Below are positions 35,643-49,729 of a stretch of 64,000 bases of DNA, piece after piece. Where the stretch lies: assembly GCA_977862235.1 (NCBI GenBank), contig OZ374565.1:1674001-1738000 (forward strand), written 5' to 3'. The notes below the pieces were generated by a model, which had not been told where the DNA came from, did not search any database, and saw only the letters and a list, made by a program, of their open reading frames with translations. The DNA comes from Dudresnaya verticillata (lineage: Eukaryota). A program made the position numbers and the translations under genes. Within the stretch, counting starts at the first letter, position 1. Each line of letters starts with the position of its first letter.

Positions 35643-38199
35643 GAGTCGGGGTGTGCCATGAGAGCCTCCTCCACCATATCAACTGGGGGTTCGCCAACCG
35701 CACCACCATCGACAGTCAGTACCCGCGCTGGGCGTTGCTGGTAGTGACCAGGCGGTCGATTTCCCGTATTGGAGTTTGCGAAGGCCTGCCGCTTGAGGAG
35801 GATCGCCTGATAGTTGCGCTCGCGCTCTTCCATCAGGGGATCCCTTTCGGTCTCGCTCAGATACGGGCAAATAACATGGTCCGGTGAGAGGCACAAGCGA
35901 CAGTAGCCGATTCCGTAGAGGCGTCTGAAATTCGGTGAGGTGTGATCCGTAGGCCCTGTGGCAGGGGTGTTTTCCAAGACGGTGTTCGACCTGCCCTTGA
36001 CGAGGAGGCGTGTTGCCGTGGGGGTGCCCAATGTGGCCGGGATGCTGTCCGGTGGTTCCTTGACGGTGTGTAGCGAGACCGAAGCGGCTGTCAGCCGGTC
36101 CGCAGCGGGTTCGCCGGGGTGGTTGCATCCGTGGCGCTGGTGGGTGAAGGTTGGGAGTCCGAGGCGGAGTAGGGTAGACACTACTCGGTGGGGAAGAGTA
36201 TGCTGTAGTAAACGTAACCCCAGACGAGGTGCCGGTGCTTCGACCCGGGACACCTTCCAGAGCGAGCACGTGCTCCCCTGATTCAGCGGGATACCCCAAG
36301 TAGGTGTACGCCGATGGCGCATCAATCGACAGAACGCCAGAACGTCGTGACGTCTTCGGTTTTCCGTCAAAGACGTGCACCGCTGAGGTTTGGCGTCTGG
36401 TTGCCCGATGGGATTCTCCAAGCCCTTTAGCGTAGCGGGTGATGGCTTGGTAATCCATGTGGGGGTGTGTTGCCAGATAATTGCGCATCTGCTGACACGT
36501 TCCCGGTAGGAGTCCTTCCACAAACAGCGACTTGAGGGACCTGTCGGAGAATACTGTACCGCATCGGAGTGCCTTAGTCCAGAGGTGGTTGGGGAATTGC
36601 TCTTCCGTTAAGGCCGACGTTTGTCGAAACGACGTTACGTCCGAATACCCTTCGGCAATCACCTCATTGGTAGCATTAGTTCGTAGCGAAACGTTCACCA
36701 CTTCGGTATAGATGCGAAGCATCTCTGCTTGCTCCTCGTCGACCGCCATGGTGCCACCAGCGAGACGGGGCTGAAGCAAAGCTTCAGCCTGTCCACTTAA
36801 GAAAAACTAGAAACACCACAGTGCGATTCCTTCCGAAATGGAGTTAATGTTACACGCATCCTTGAACTTCGCGAGAAATCTAAGGACCGTGATGGGGTCC
36901 GTACCGTTAAAGGAGTGGGACTTCATTTGTACTTCCAGCTTTTTGCGGATGCGTCCCATATTCTGGGACAAGCTAGAGCTGTAGTATGAACGCTTTTTCT
37001 CCAGTCGGTATGTTCGGAAATCCAGTGCCTTCACGAACCTGTCGTTCAGGGGCCGTATTACCTTTGGGGGTGGCCTGTCGACCTCTCGGTGTTTGGCGTC
37101 GTGTTTTCTGGCCCAACACCGCTCGTCCCTATCCGTATCGGAGTAGCTCGTATCAGAGCCGGATGAATGGGAGGAGTCATGCCCTCTTTTGCGCCTATGG
37201 CACGACTTGCGCTTATTCTTATTCCTATTGCGGTGTTGGATATCATCATATTCCGTACCGGAGTGTTCTTTGTCCCGTCGCGAAGCGCGTTTGCTCCGTT
37301 GCGAACGGTCACGTTCCTTATCTGAGTGGGAGTCCTTGGCCTTTCTGTCAGCACTGTCTCTACCACTCCGGTCCTGGTTTTTCTTGGAGTCACCATCGGA
37401 GTGCTCACTGCCTCTACACGAAGCCACCGGCACGTGATACGTTCCCCCGCAGGCACTTCTGCGGGTCCAGGGGCCGTACTCCGATTCGGATGGGGTTGGT
37501 GTGTTGGATCCAGTTCGGTGTATTGAGTTTGGGTAGGTAACTCAGGGGCTGCCGTTGTCCTTACCGGATCGGGCGGAAACACTGAGTGGGGATTTCTGGC
37601 ATATACGTCGTTTCTCCCTTGACCGGGAAGCTATTCCGTATCGCTTTAGGTCCAGAAAAGGGCTGCTCCTTGGGTCCCGGTAGGGGTTGTCCGGGGGTCA
37701 GCATCTGCTCGATCTCCGACGCCTGACGCTCCTGACGGATGAGCGTCTGCACCAACTCCGGAAGGTGTTTCTCCAGATAGGAGCTAACGATAACCGGAAC
37801 GGAGCCGGCGAGCGTGGTCTCAACCTCCTTGACCATGTTGGGTTGCACCTCTATACGGAGATACTCCAACACCCGTGGGATGACTTCCGAAAGTATCCAA
37901 TGGACACGACGGGAGTCACCTGGCTTGGATATACCCTTGCGGGAAGTATCTGAACCAGGTCGGGACCTAGAGACCTTACTGGCTACACCTTTAAGGAGTT
38001 TTTCGGGGTTCTCCATACCGGGGTTCAGGTCGGCAGCATCTCCACGGCGTGTTCTCGTGGCTGAGGCTACTTCCGGTTCGGTGGGCTCACTGCGGCGTGT
38101 TCTCGCAGTAGAGGGCACCTCCGGGACAGTGCTACCGTCACCGCGGCGTGATCTTGCGGTTGACGGCACCTCACCTTGATCCGATACGGAAGGGTCCAT
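35618..38199 (-). pseudogene. Gypsy-2 gag (fragmented)
   Basis: FNGTDPITVLRFLAKFK, FVEGLLP, degenerate knuckle CRLC..PDH.IC; similar to Gypsy-3 gag. Confidence 0.85.
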
Positions 38200-38912
38200 T
38201 CTTAGGATACCAAAACGGTCTCAACGATTGTTTTGCCTTGTCCTGCCTTTACACCAATACGGAGTTGTCACAAAGCTGATCTCCTACCGAAGTGGAGTCC
38301 AACGGAGATTATTTTACCTTGACGGTGTTCTAGGTCGGGAGCCCAATAAGATGTAGTGTAGTGAAAGGCACACCTGTAAGGAGAGCTGATCAGGCAATCC
38401 CAATAAGGAGTGATCTCACACAGCACCGGGGTGGTAGAGCTTAGTTTGTAGACCGAAGGGAGTACCTCGAGCGGCAACACCTGTAGGGAGTAAAGGGACG
38501 CAACAGGCAAGGGGGACGGTACAGTTCCAGGGCAGCTACACCAGGACGGAGGTAAGAGGAATCCGTGTACGGAGCTGGCGAGGGGAAACCATGAAGGAGT
38601 ATGAGGGTAAGGCTTAGGGTAAGTCACTTTGCCCAGGGTTGTTTACGCGTCTACTGTAGGACTCGCGGTTGCCACCCATTAATATACTGGGAGATACGCC
38701 CCGCGGTCCTGTCCGTGTGGGCCAGACCCCAATGGGTCTGGTCCACCAGGAGGGTCCGGCCCTACTCGTCCCGGTCACCATTGCGGACATGCTCGGCATT
38801 CTCATTGGCCGACTGACACTACGTACTGTACAGCATCACTAAAATTACCAAATTACAAATAAATCAACTACTTGGCTCCTATTGGTGGTGCGCGCAGATT
38901 CCAGCAGGGCAT

Positions 38913-41900
38913 TGAATAACTTGGCTTGCAGAGCTGTTCAAAGTCTTTGGCAGAGCTGTTCTGTTTTACCAAGATTTAATTACTGTAGTGCTTGTTATGT
39001 ACGTAGTTCAAGCTGTTGAGCTGCTACCCTGCAACGTCCGCAATATCTTCTCTAGCGGTTGAAGTATCTAGCTGTTTAGTGCAAGCTGGTACTCTACAGT
39101 AGTCCTGTTCATGTGGCTAGTTGTTCTGCGGACTTTGGTCTATTTATGTTGGGCAATTGTAGTACATTCCTAGACCCAGCCATCGACACACATACACACA
39201 CACATCAACACACACAACTCATTCTACCTCTATTCACTTTCTACCAGCCAACTACACCTGCGTGTTTCCCTCCATTTATTAAGTTATGGGCCCAGATCTA
39301 CCATCTCTCCCCAAGTTCTCTTGGACGCTGAAAGATGCACCCTGGACCGATGGTCGTGGTCCGCAGGAGGCATATGTCAATGCTGTCCGACTCTGGAAAT
39401 CCTTTCATGAAAAGCTCCCTGTTGCAAACAGTAACAAGATTCCAAAAAACCTCCAAGGACTTGTTCTACAGTCGCAACTGTATGGGCGAGCGCAGGATTT
39501 GGTGAAGAAGCTGTCAACAGAAATTATTGAAAGTGAAGATGGTGCTCTGGCTATCGCTAAAGCTTTGCATAAGGATGAACCGCTCGCAGTGGTGCATGAC
39601 GTATTTCACAAATTTCTGTCTGTGTTACACACCACGCGGGGTGATAATGAAGGTTTTAGGAACTTTGAGCAGCGCTTCGATGCGCAATTGAGCCGGTTTA
39701 ACTCTGCTGCTTCTACTGCAGCTCTACCGGAATCGCTCAGTTCTTTTATTCTTTTGGCGAACTCTCGCCTCGATTCGAACCAACGTGTTTCGATCCTTGC
39801 TGCGTCGTCTCCTCGTGCTTCCGATGTCTCGAGAGATAATACTCCGCTAACGCGCATCAAGTATGAAGAAGTCGCATCGATTTTACGCACATGCGACACG
39901 CCCCAAGAAATTACAAGATCATCTACTCCCGCCGTGTTTGGTAGTAGTGGTTTCGCTGGATCCCGTATGCGTGGCACGCGAAAACATCGCAAGCCCATTC
40001 GAGATATGACACCAGAAGAAATCGCAGATCTCAAGAAGCGCTCTACGTGCCGTGGGTGTCGCGAAAAAGGACACTAGGAAGGTGACCCAGAATGTAAAAA
40101 GTCCAAGAATAATACTGAGGCAAAGACTGGTGGAGCTGAAAAGAATAATACCAAGACTGTCAACTTCAACATGGTTTCTGTTCAGTCTAAGAATGCTTTT
40201 CCTCTTCATGTACCTGGTCCCTTGCTGGATGATGGTGCACCATACTCAGGGATTGGAATTTATGAGCTACGTAAGCTTGCCCCTTTTTTGATTCCTGATT
40301 GGAATGGATCTTTACTACCTTTACCAACGTCAATATCGGACCGTCCCTATTGGCAATATGGTCAAGGAGAGCACTCCAGTGCTCCTCGAAAAATTCTTGG
40401 TTCCGTCAACCTTACTCTGCGCAGTGACTCTAATACTGTTGTCAACATTAAGCATCTAGTAATTGATGGCTCGTCCCAATGGATAATTGGAAAGAACGTC
40501 ACAAAGCTGTGTAATATTATTCACATCAAGGGACACTATCTGCAACTACCTTCTTCTAGTGGTGAAGGGAAAATGGACAAGATTACGATAATCAAGCATG
40601 GCTTGCTTGACTACCTTCCGTCTGCAAGATTTTGTTGTATGCCAATTCCATCCATTTATGATGCCCATGTTTGCTCCCTGGTTGCAAATGCCACTGACCT
40701 ATCCTGGAACGAACTCAAATTGGTCATTGACAAAGTTCACGACATGTATGTGGTCATTCAAACTACTTCGATGTGAAGACATTGCTTGAACGCAATCAAT
40801 TATGGACACCGGAGTGTGCCTCATATTTGTCTAAGGTGCTCAGCTCATGTCGTTCTTGTCATTCTACAGACCTACCTGCCAAGTCTCGTAGCGTCTCGCT
40901 AAACAACTTTTCGCGTGGTTTTAACGACTTAGTTTTCGTCGACCATTTTTTCCCTGAGAACGAGAATGTATTCCATACCATGGACGCCATGTCGCGATAT
41001 TCTGCTGGCGATTGTGCTCCATCAAAGGGGATGGAGGACTCTATCGGGGTGTATGAGTCGTGTTCGATTTCGCCTTTCTGGCCGCCTGCTTCAGTACAAG
41101 CTGATCCAGCATTTGATAATGATGAGTTTAAGTCTCATTTGCATCGTTCTGGAACTAATTTTCGTCGTGCCCCTCCACGAAGACCAAGCAAGAATGCCTT
41201 TGAGTCTAAGCATAGGGTCATTAAGTCAGTCTTTACTCGATTGCGACATTCAAATCCTAGCATCAGTGCACGTCTGCTTATCCAACAGTCTATTCGCATA
41301 TCTAACGACTTGTATGGAAATAATGTTGCATCCGCCCATGAATTGGCCAAAGGATACACACGCCCTATTATTCCTGGCCAAGCCCCCATTCAAGTTCCGG
41401 TCGAAGTTATCAAAGCGCATGAAGAGCTTTCTGCTCGACGCAAGCTCACAGCAATTTTGCGCTCCAAAGCTACCGCCGACCGTACTTTGCGCGTCGGTGA
41501 GCTTGTTGAAGTTTTTCTCAAGCAGCCCAATAAAAAGCATGGAACTTGGACACAGCCGCGTCCAGTTCTATCATTCGATAGGCGCTCGCAAACTGTAACA
41601 GTCCCTGGCAGATCCGGTCGCAAGGTCTCTGCGGCTGTAGAAGATGTAAGGCATGCTCTGCCTAGTCAGGCAGACTTCGCGCATATAGTTCAAGAAGCCA
41701 TTGATGATGAATCCCTGTCCAGTGCTGTATATGATATGGTTCAATGCGCGAATGATACACCTCCTAATATCGTTCCGGACGTTCCCGGAGATGCTGTAGA
41801 CGAAGATGAGGATGGATATGGTGCCCTCTCAAGCCACGCAGATGAAGATGTCACTTCAGGTGAACATGGACTGACTGAAAATGCTGATTCAGCTGACACA

Positions 41901-44139
41901 GCTCTTGCTGCACCTCCGCAGCATTCATATCCGGATAGTGAGAATGAAATTGACAACGAAGACTTAACCTACACTCCGCCTTCTGGTCGTGTCAGTGCTA
42001 GAGAGCTGAACTCTCTTGATGGTCCTATCAACAGTGGCGAACCACAAATGGTTACTCGGTCACAACGGGGCAGTGCAGCTGATATTGTTTTGTAGCCTGG
42101 GCAGAATTTGGATAGCTCCGAGCAGCTGCTTCTAGAGAAATATTATCATCGTTTCGGTTCGAAGGAGTTTCTACTATACGAAGCTCAAGGATTGCCTCCA
42201 TCTATAACTCGGAATGCCTACAGTACTGAAGAGAGCAATTTTCTCTCCACCTGTGAACCTGTGCCCGTGTCTGATGTCCCAACTGATTCCAACACAATCA
42301 CCAGCCATGTATTGTATAAGGTGAAGGTACAGAATGATGGGTCGAAACGCTGTAAGGCTCGAATCGCGCCACATGGAAACAAGGATAGAGAGAAAAACAA
42401 CCTGAAGACGGATTCTGCCTCTTGTCCTCCATTGGGGTTTCGCATCTTGTTGTCGATCGCAGCATTATTTCAATGGGTTCTCACCAAGGTCGATGTGAAA
42501 AGTGCTTTTCTACAATCCGGTCCTGCAACACGAAATGTATATGTAATACCACCTCGTGAATGCATGAAGAGGTCTGTCTACTGGTTATTGCTTGCAGCCA
42601 GCTATGGCTTGGTTAATGCAAATGCCAAGTGGCAGTATCACTCTGACTCCACTTTCAGTGAACTAGGCCTTAAGGCAGTTGTCCATATACCCCAGCTGTT
42701 TTATCTCTGCAAGGATGGTGTAATTATACTTTTGGTCGCGAAGGTTGTCGATGACCTTTTAATTGCTGGTACGGATGCTGCCAAGAAATGGTTCGTGGAA
42801 GCACTATCTACGTTTTACGTCCTCGGAACAATTGTGCATCTCCCTGGCACATTTTCCTTTTTTGGACTCACCATCTCTCAAGATGACGATGGTGTAATAA
42901 CCATATGTGTGAATGATAAGCTTGAGAGGCTTCAGCCATACGCACTTGGTCGTATGCGTAGAAAACAGTTTGATGCAGAACTTAACTCAGTTGAGAAGTT
43001 TCAATTCAGCTCTCTGAATGGATCTTTTGGGTTCCTGGGACAGAACGTTAGCCCTTTTGCAGCATTCTATTCAAGCTTCATGCAGCAAAGAAGGTCAACA
43101 CCTACTGTACACGACATAGTTCGTCAATTTGGTTTATGGAGAAAGCTCAAGAGTATGGGTTCTACCACAAGGTTTTGCGTTCCTGATTCTGGTACCTTTC
43201 CAGTTCAAGTTGTGGTTTTTTCTGATGCAGGTCGTCCCACAGCCCATGGACAACTTGGTTATATTGCCGGTTTGCTTATTGGAGAGCTGAAATCTAATGC
43301 GCACTTCCATGTTCTTGGTTGGCGTTCTCACCTGTCAAGGCGGCCGGCAAAATCTAGCGCCGCTGCTGAGGTAATGGCAGCAAGTGAGGCACTTGATGAT
43401 GGAAAACTAATTGCGGCAGCTTTTTCTCCATTGCTACAAGGAAAAGTTCATTTAAGCCTGGTCGTAGATTCTAAGGATTTGTTCTCATCCCTGTCTACCT
43501 GTCGGTGTCCCGAAGACAAATCAATAACTGCTGATGTCCAGCTAATTCGCTACAACTTTGAAACACATTCGCTCAACTCTGTTATCTGGATTCCAGGACG
43601 ATTGAACCTCGCAGATGTACTCACGAAGGTTGATAGTCCTCTTAGCGACAGCCTACAACTTATGATATTTGACGGTGTTCTGCCCTTTGACTTCAAGCAA
43701 CACGAGTCGCGCACTTCCCACAGATCGCTTGGATAAGCACTTTTAAAAGGGAAGGTATGAATAACTTGGCTTGCAGAGCTGTTCAAAGTCTTTGGCAGAG
43801 CTGTTCTGTTTTATCATTGTACTGTTCAAGCTTTAATTACTGTAGTGCTTGTTATGTACGTAGTTCAAGCTGTTGAGCTGTTACCCTGCAACGTCCGCAA
43901 TATCTTCTCTAGCGGTTGAAGTATCTAGCTGTTTAGTGCAAGCTGTTACTCTACAGTAGTCCTGTTCATGTGGCTAGTTGTTCTGCGGACTTTGGTCTAT
44001 TTATGTTGGGCAATTGTAGTACATTCCTAGACCCAGCCATCGACACACATACCCACACACATCAACACACACAACTCATTCTACCTCTATTCACTTTCTA
44101 CCAGTCAAATACACCTGCGTGTTTCCCTCCATTTATTAA
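38913..44139 (+). mobile_element. Copia-1: GalEa/CoDi-like Ty1/Copia inserted in the Gypsy-2 5' LTR
   Basis: LTRs 38913-39282 and 43758-44139; TSD GGCAT; PBS GTTATGGGCCCAG; PPT AAAAGGGAAGG. Confidence 0.95.
39286..43736 (+). pseudogene. Copia-1 gag-pol (gag, PR, IN, RT, RNase H)
   Basis: CRGCREKGH*EGDPEC knuckle; LLDDGAPYS; integrase before RT; DVKSAFLQ, KVVDD; FSDAG…NLADVLTK; two in-frame stops and one frameshift. Confidence 0.93.
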
Positions 44140-45175
44140 GGCATAGAGTGCTACTGTATCGCTGCACTCCCGCTTCGGCTTTTGGCGTGCGCTTAGCAGA
44201 GCGTGGGTTGTCGACGGTCGCGCGTCGGCTCGCCCGCCGTCCGTACTCCTAACGGCCACTTCACCACATAGGTCAGTAACTTAGGATCTGTCTATCTCTT
44301 TAGAGATTATCTGTTGTAACTTAGGGTAAGGAGCATGTATACATCCCACAAGGAGTGGCCCTGTCTCACACTCGGAGTACCTTATAGGGGTACCTTCAGG
44401 AGCGCTCACGGTACAGTAAAGGCAAGCACCTTTTGGCCCCAACTACGTCTCCGAGCCATCGGCACGGCCGCACACTCGTCCCCCGTGCCCGGTTAAACGC
44501 TCGCCCAGATGAATTCCTTCAGTATCGTGCTTCTATTTAAGTTACGCCTACCCTCTGAGTTCCTCCGGCTGTACCACTGCTACTATCCATCCGCTCTGTG
44601 GCTATCTCACTGAGTGCACTCCTTGAGTTCACAAGAGACCTAAAAGTCACTTCCTTACACGTTTAGCAAAAAACCTGGTGGCAAAACCAGTCAACCACGA
44701 CGCCGGCACAGCCGGAGCAGGCGACCAAGACAAGTGAACTACCCATGCTAGAACCATCCGCTCGGCATTCCACTTGGATAAGGATGTTGTACGCATAGAG
44801 CTGAGCTGGAACTGTGGCCACAGGAACTTCCTGCCTACCGCGTTTGACACCTTCGGAGCTGCCAGTACTACAACCTTTAGCCTCATCATGGCCATCTCAG
44901 AGCTAATAGCCTCCCGCAAGTCTTCCATACCCGGTCTTATCAAAGGTCGCTTCCTTGAAAGGATTAGCTACTCCATCTGGTCCAGCACAGCCCAACCAAT
45001 GGGCCGCTCCTGAAATCAAAAATTGAGACGGGGTAGCAATTATCAAAATAAGTAAATAGTACTGTTGGGCACCCCGGACCGTGTACTGAAACTCTTTGCA
45101 CTAAATTCCCTTCCGCGTGCTTTTCCACCTGGCTACCTCCGGGTACAAGCCCAGAGTACGGGGAAACCAACCATT

Positions 45176-46358
45176 ATGACTCAAATCACCACATTGCTGC
45201 TCCTTGTGCTCCTCCGGGAAGAGCAAAACGGGCAGCTCGCGTTTCGAGAACGACAAGGAATCCGAGGACGTCGACGACGTGACAGATTTGTGACACGGCG
45301 TGCACTACAAAGCCCAGTAATCTCCCCTTTCATGTTTCTATTCCAAAGCATGTGCATCAATCTATGATAACGGTGACAGGATTTGACCATGCTAGCTTTC
45401 TGGAACTATTTTCTAGTTTTGCGGCTTTGAGCCCCTCTATAACAGGTATACCCCGTACTCAGAAGATGGAAGTATTAGGCTCATTCCGACCCGCCTGGTC
45501 ATAAGAGGAAGGCCACGCACATTAAATGCATCGCAATGCTTGGGTCTACTACTAACTCGGCATCGAACGCGAGGTAGCACATTCACACTGTCCATGCTAT
45601 TCGGAGTTACAGGATCCGTTTGCTCTCTTTTTCTACGCTTTGCACGCTGCTTGTTGCTACAACTCATGTCTACAGACAGAAAGGCTCAAATAAGAATGCC
45701 AGATACCCAGGAGATGGAAGATTTTCGACAGGCTATTACCATTAAGTACCACTCGTTACAAGATGTATACTGTGTCGCCGATGGTTTAAAGTTGTACCTG
45801 GAGCAATCTGGAGACTTTGTTATTCAAAACATGTTTTACAATGGCTGGACACACGACCACTATGTGGGAAACGTTTTCGTTTTCGCACCAAATGGAACAG
45901 TCATTGCGTGCTCTGTGAACGCTCCTGGGAGCATGCACGACTCACAGATTGCGGAATGGGGAGGTGTGTACCGAAAATTGGAAGCGTGCTATAACGAGAC
46001 AGCCGAGCGTTTTGTTATGGACTCAGAATTTTCACAAGGGCACTACCCCTTTCTGATAAAGTCAGCGCAAGACGAAACGAATGCCGAAGGGCCACAAGAA
46101 TTTGTACGAATATGGTAGGCTACGTCAGTACGGCAAGGAGCGGAGAGAGGAATGCGAGCGTTTCCAGAATCTTTCCCTAGAATGAAAGATCGATTCATTT
46201 ACGAAGAACATGGAGAAAGGAATCTAATGCTATTGTGTACGGTGCATATTTTCAACTTAAGAACGCGTCTCGTCGGCTTTAACCAAATTCTATCTACATA
46301 CATGCCGTACATGAGTGTAGAGGCGAACGTGTTTCTCCAAGAACAGTTCCATCTTTAG
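45176..46358 (+). pseudogene. Harbinger DDE transposase (disrupted)
   Basis: VADGLK…FYNGW…PGSMHDS…MDS…R..AERGM; stops and frameshifts. Confidence 0.88.
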
Positions 46359-47315
46359 GCATCCTTACGCGGACTCTCTCCAGTTGCTTTCGTAAACGCG
46401 AGCATCATTGCCTGCATGAACTGCTGATGGCGTTCAATCTCTTCTTTACGCCTGTCCTTGTCTTCCTCGCGCTCCATCTCGCGACGCAAGCGCTCCTGCT
46501 GAAACTCCTGTTCACGACGTCTCTTCCATTCGGCTCTCCCTCTCCTGCAGTAAAGCCATCTTGAACATGGACAAGAAATCGTCCGTTCCTTCCGAGCGTA
46601 AAAGGGCAGCACGGCTTGGCAGTTTGAAGACTATCGGCCTTGGGGGAACAGCGGCTGGGGTAGCGGACGAGGGACAGGCCTGCGCGTGTGTCGGGACCGT
46701 TAGTGGCGCAACGGTTGGAACGGCAGAGTCAGTACCGTAGCCAGTATTCGTTCCGTCATCATCGTCGGAGGCGTTCTGAGGCAGAATGTCTTCTATAACG
46801 GCAGCAGTGTCGGCACCATCCCCCAAATCCGCTCGATCGCACATACGGTGGCGAAAGTGCTTGGCCTTACGAACGTCGTCGGGTATTCGGGGATCGCCAG
46901 TTGGATTTTTTCGGTGTAGAGTAGCAAACTTTCTCTTCAGGCTGTCGACGGTCCTGTGCTCCTCGAAGAAGGAAGCCTCGTGATCTCTGGCGACGACATC
47001 CCACTCCTCCTTGCACAGCGGGAGAACCTTCTCGATACAGGACAGCAGGTGATCAACCTCCTTCTGAGTGAAGCCTGTACCTCTGGTCGGCTCGGCGGGA
47101 GTTCTGCGAGAAGACCTTCCGCGAGGTCGAGGAACGGGAGGCGGTGGTGTCGGGAAGTGACCTCCGTAGCCATGCGCCTGGGCCGAAGAAGGCAGATCGG
47201 GAATCGTTGTAGATGCTGCCTGGCCAAATGAACGATCCTTGCTCTGAGCGGTAGAAGGCTCGGCACAGGGCTGATCTGCAGAATCAGGGTGAGGAGAAGG
47301 TCCAAGGGGAGACAT
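46355..47315 (-). pseudogene. Harbinger accessory Myb/SANT-like protein (one frameshift)
   Basis: FTQKEVDHLL…EEWDVVA…RTVDSLKRKF…PTGDP; C-terminal charged coiled coil in the 46355-46612 frame. Confidence 0.8.
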
Positions 47316-49654
47316 CTTCGGGGAAATGGAAAGGTAAAAATCGCAGGTTTGGCCTCAGCCAAAAGAAACGGTACGCTGGTTGAGCGATCGAAAAAGGCGT
47401 TCTGGATGCTCAGGATGTCTTCATGAGCTCCTGTTTTCCCTTTTTCGCGGAATCGAACACAGCGGAGTTTCTTTGTTTCCCACGAATGATGTTCGGTATT
47501 ACAGTGGGGCGTTTACTTTTTGCCGCGTAAAATAGTCATTTGGTGACCTGGACCAGATGATCTGGCGAGTGGCCCTAACCACTTCCGGCATTTTGCTCAC
47601 CCCCTATTTCCTCTAATTCGATTATTTTCCCTGACGAATTTTGGTATTTGTGATCTCAGGAGTGGTCCAATAGTCTCTCAAATGCCGCTGAACGCCATTG
47701 GTGCCCCACTCGACGGTAACCGCTAAGCCCACAGCATTCATGTAGTATCGGAACCCCTTCCTGAAATAAGCAACACACACGTGCTTACAGCCGCCGTATG
47801 AACCCCACCTCCACACCGCGCCTCTGGTCATGTCCACGATACCGCCTAGTTCCTACGCCCCGCCCGGCACGCGGCCCGGCCCGCCCAGCAATCTACACCT
47901 TCCACAACCGGGATTACGAGCCGTCCGAGAGTGAGTGCAAGCACGTCTTTATTGCAAAAAATGGCGCCTGTAAAGTCTTCGCGTACCTAACCCAACTCCG
48001 AAATTCCTTCCGTGTCCTTCCATGAATTGGCAATTATGGTATTCAACATACAATTACTGATTCCCCAACACCTCTTTCTGTGACCAAGGAATCGCTAAGG
48101 AGGAGGAAGGTTCTTATGGTACGTTTTTTCGCTGCAAATATTGTATACGTAGTGCAGCTTCAGCAGCTAGAAATTGCGGGAACAGAATACGGCAGGAAAT
48201 GCAGCATCCAGTACAAGACTGGGGTAATCAGCACTTTACGACATTGTATTACAAGCGAGGGTCCCCTTACTGGGCGAGTGAAAGCTCAGGCGACCAGTGA
48301 GGGTTGAGAGCCGACGTTTATTGACACACTAATGGCTACATACTGTAGGACAAAAGAAGTAGGACGAGTAAGAAGGGAGTGCCTTTTTCAGACAGCAGAT
48401 GAGTCTCTTCTGTAAAAGCAAGAAAAGTAGCAAACGTTTGGATGCCAGATTTAAAGTTCTGTCCAACGCGGCCGTAGATTCCCACAACTATTGGGTGGAG
48501 ATCGAACTGATACAGAGAAGAGATAGCAAGATAGCGTCCACGCTTAACGCGTTCTTGAGACGCAATGACGTGCCCAGAGATGCGGCCAGTAGAAATACGG
48601 AATGACTGGAGAGAGTTCAACTTTACCCAGGAATAACAAGAAGCTCCGTAAGGGAGCTTAAGGACTTTCACTCAAAGGAGGGGAGGTCAGTTTGTGGTGA
48701 TTGATGCTAGGAGCTACATATTGGAGAGCAACAGACAAAAGACGAGTAGAAAGTTGAAGCCTTTTGACAGAAGGGGAGGTTCCTTTCTTGACAGTCATGA
48801 AAGGGAGCAATGAGCTGGATTCCACGTTCGAATCCTGTTCCAATGCGCCCATATATATCCATCACCACGAGGTAGAGTTCCATTTCCTAGGCTTCCATAA
48901 ACCCTGAGATAGTGTGCGCGCTTCTGATGTTCGCGAGAACAGATAGCTTGAGCAAAAACATGGCCAACTGGTGTCGAGATATTGCAGACATCATGCTTCA
49001 GCCCTGACAAACCCTTTAAGCTTTCAACAATACGGACAGAACTGTTGCCCGGTTGCTCGATTTATGGCGGAGATCTGAAAGGGGGAGCACAGTCAAATAT
49101 TTGTATTTCGTAAACTTTCTAAACTAGGAAGAAGATTCGGTCATGACTCTTCATCACACTAGGTGCTCAAAATGATTGCATCATCGCTCGAGGCTTTAGT
49201 ACCGATACAGAATTTTCTTTAAAACAATAGGGTGGCTGTCACAGTCGCTCCACCGCTAAGACCTAGATCGCAGTTCGTCAATGGCTAGCAGCGAAAGTCG
49301 CAGGACCCTGCAAAAGAAATGGAGCTTGTGTACAAACGTTGTTCCCGATCATGGGTTCTTCCCTCTCGGGTGTCCCCCCAACGCCCCACGACGTCTCCTC
49401 TTTATTGACCCTCGGCGGTCCTCTGCATTCTAATTATTGTCAGTAACCCTCGGGGAGATTTCCTCCCGCACTTCCGTGTGCCAGGGTTTACAGTACCTAA
49501 GGTCCCTTTGGGCCGGACCGGCCATGCCCCTCTGTGGGCAACTGAGCGATGACTACGGCCGCACACAAGAGGACTCTAACACCCCTCCTCTGCAGTAGCA
49601 TCCTCATGATTTTCAACTCCTTGGTTGCAACTCAACAGAAAAATAAATCTCACT

Positions 49655-49729
49655 CGGTCCCTGATGGGATTTGATCCCTCGACTTCTGCGTTGAACTCGA
49701 GACCGCTGTACCAATCAACCAATGATACG
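49655..49729 (-). other. tRNA-like (Pol III A/B box) sequence in the Copia-2 3' UTR
   Basis: A box TGGTTGATTGG (49711-49721), B box GGATCAAATCCC (49666-49677), TTTTT just downstream. Confidence 0.45.

Larger units (their letters stand above)
27333..44268 (-). mobile_element. Gypsy-2: full-length degenerate chromodomain Ty3/Gypsy element
   Basis: LTRs 27333-28019 and 38352-44268 (the latter split by Copia-1); TSD TAGGT on both sides; PPT near 28021-28033; PBS near 38327-38346. Confidence 0.95.
45001..47668. mobile_element. PIF/Harbinger-like DNA transposon
   Basis: TIRs GGGCCGCTCCTGAAATC / GGACCACTCCTGAGATC (rc); 3-bp TSD AAT; two convergent genes. Confidence 0.9.

Noticed and set aside
44647..47837. 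Minus-strand ORF remnant split by the Harbinger (44647-45000 and 47672-47837)
   Set aside because: Probably an older TE fragment, but no diagnostic motif supports a call
48300..49300. Fragmentary ORFs between Harbinger and Copia-2
   Set aside because: Many stops and no recognisable motif; cannot be assigned
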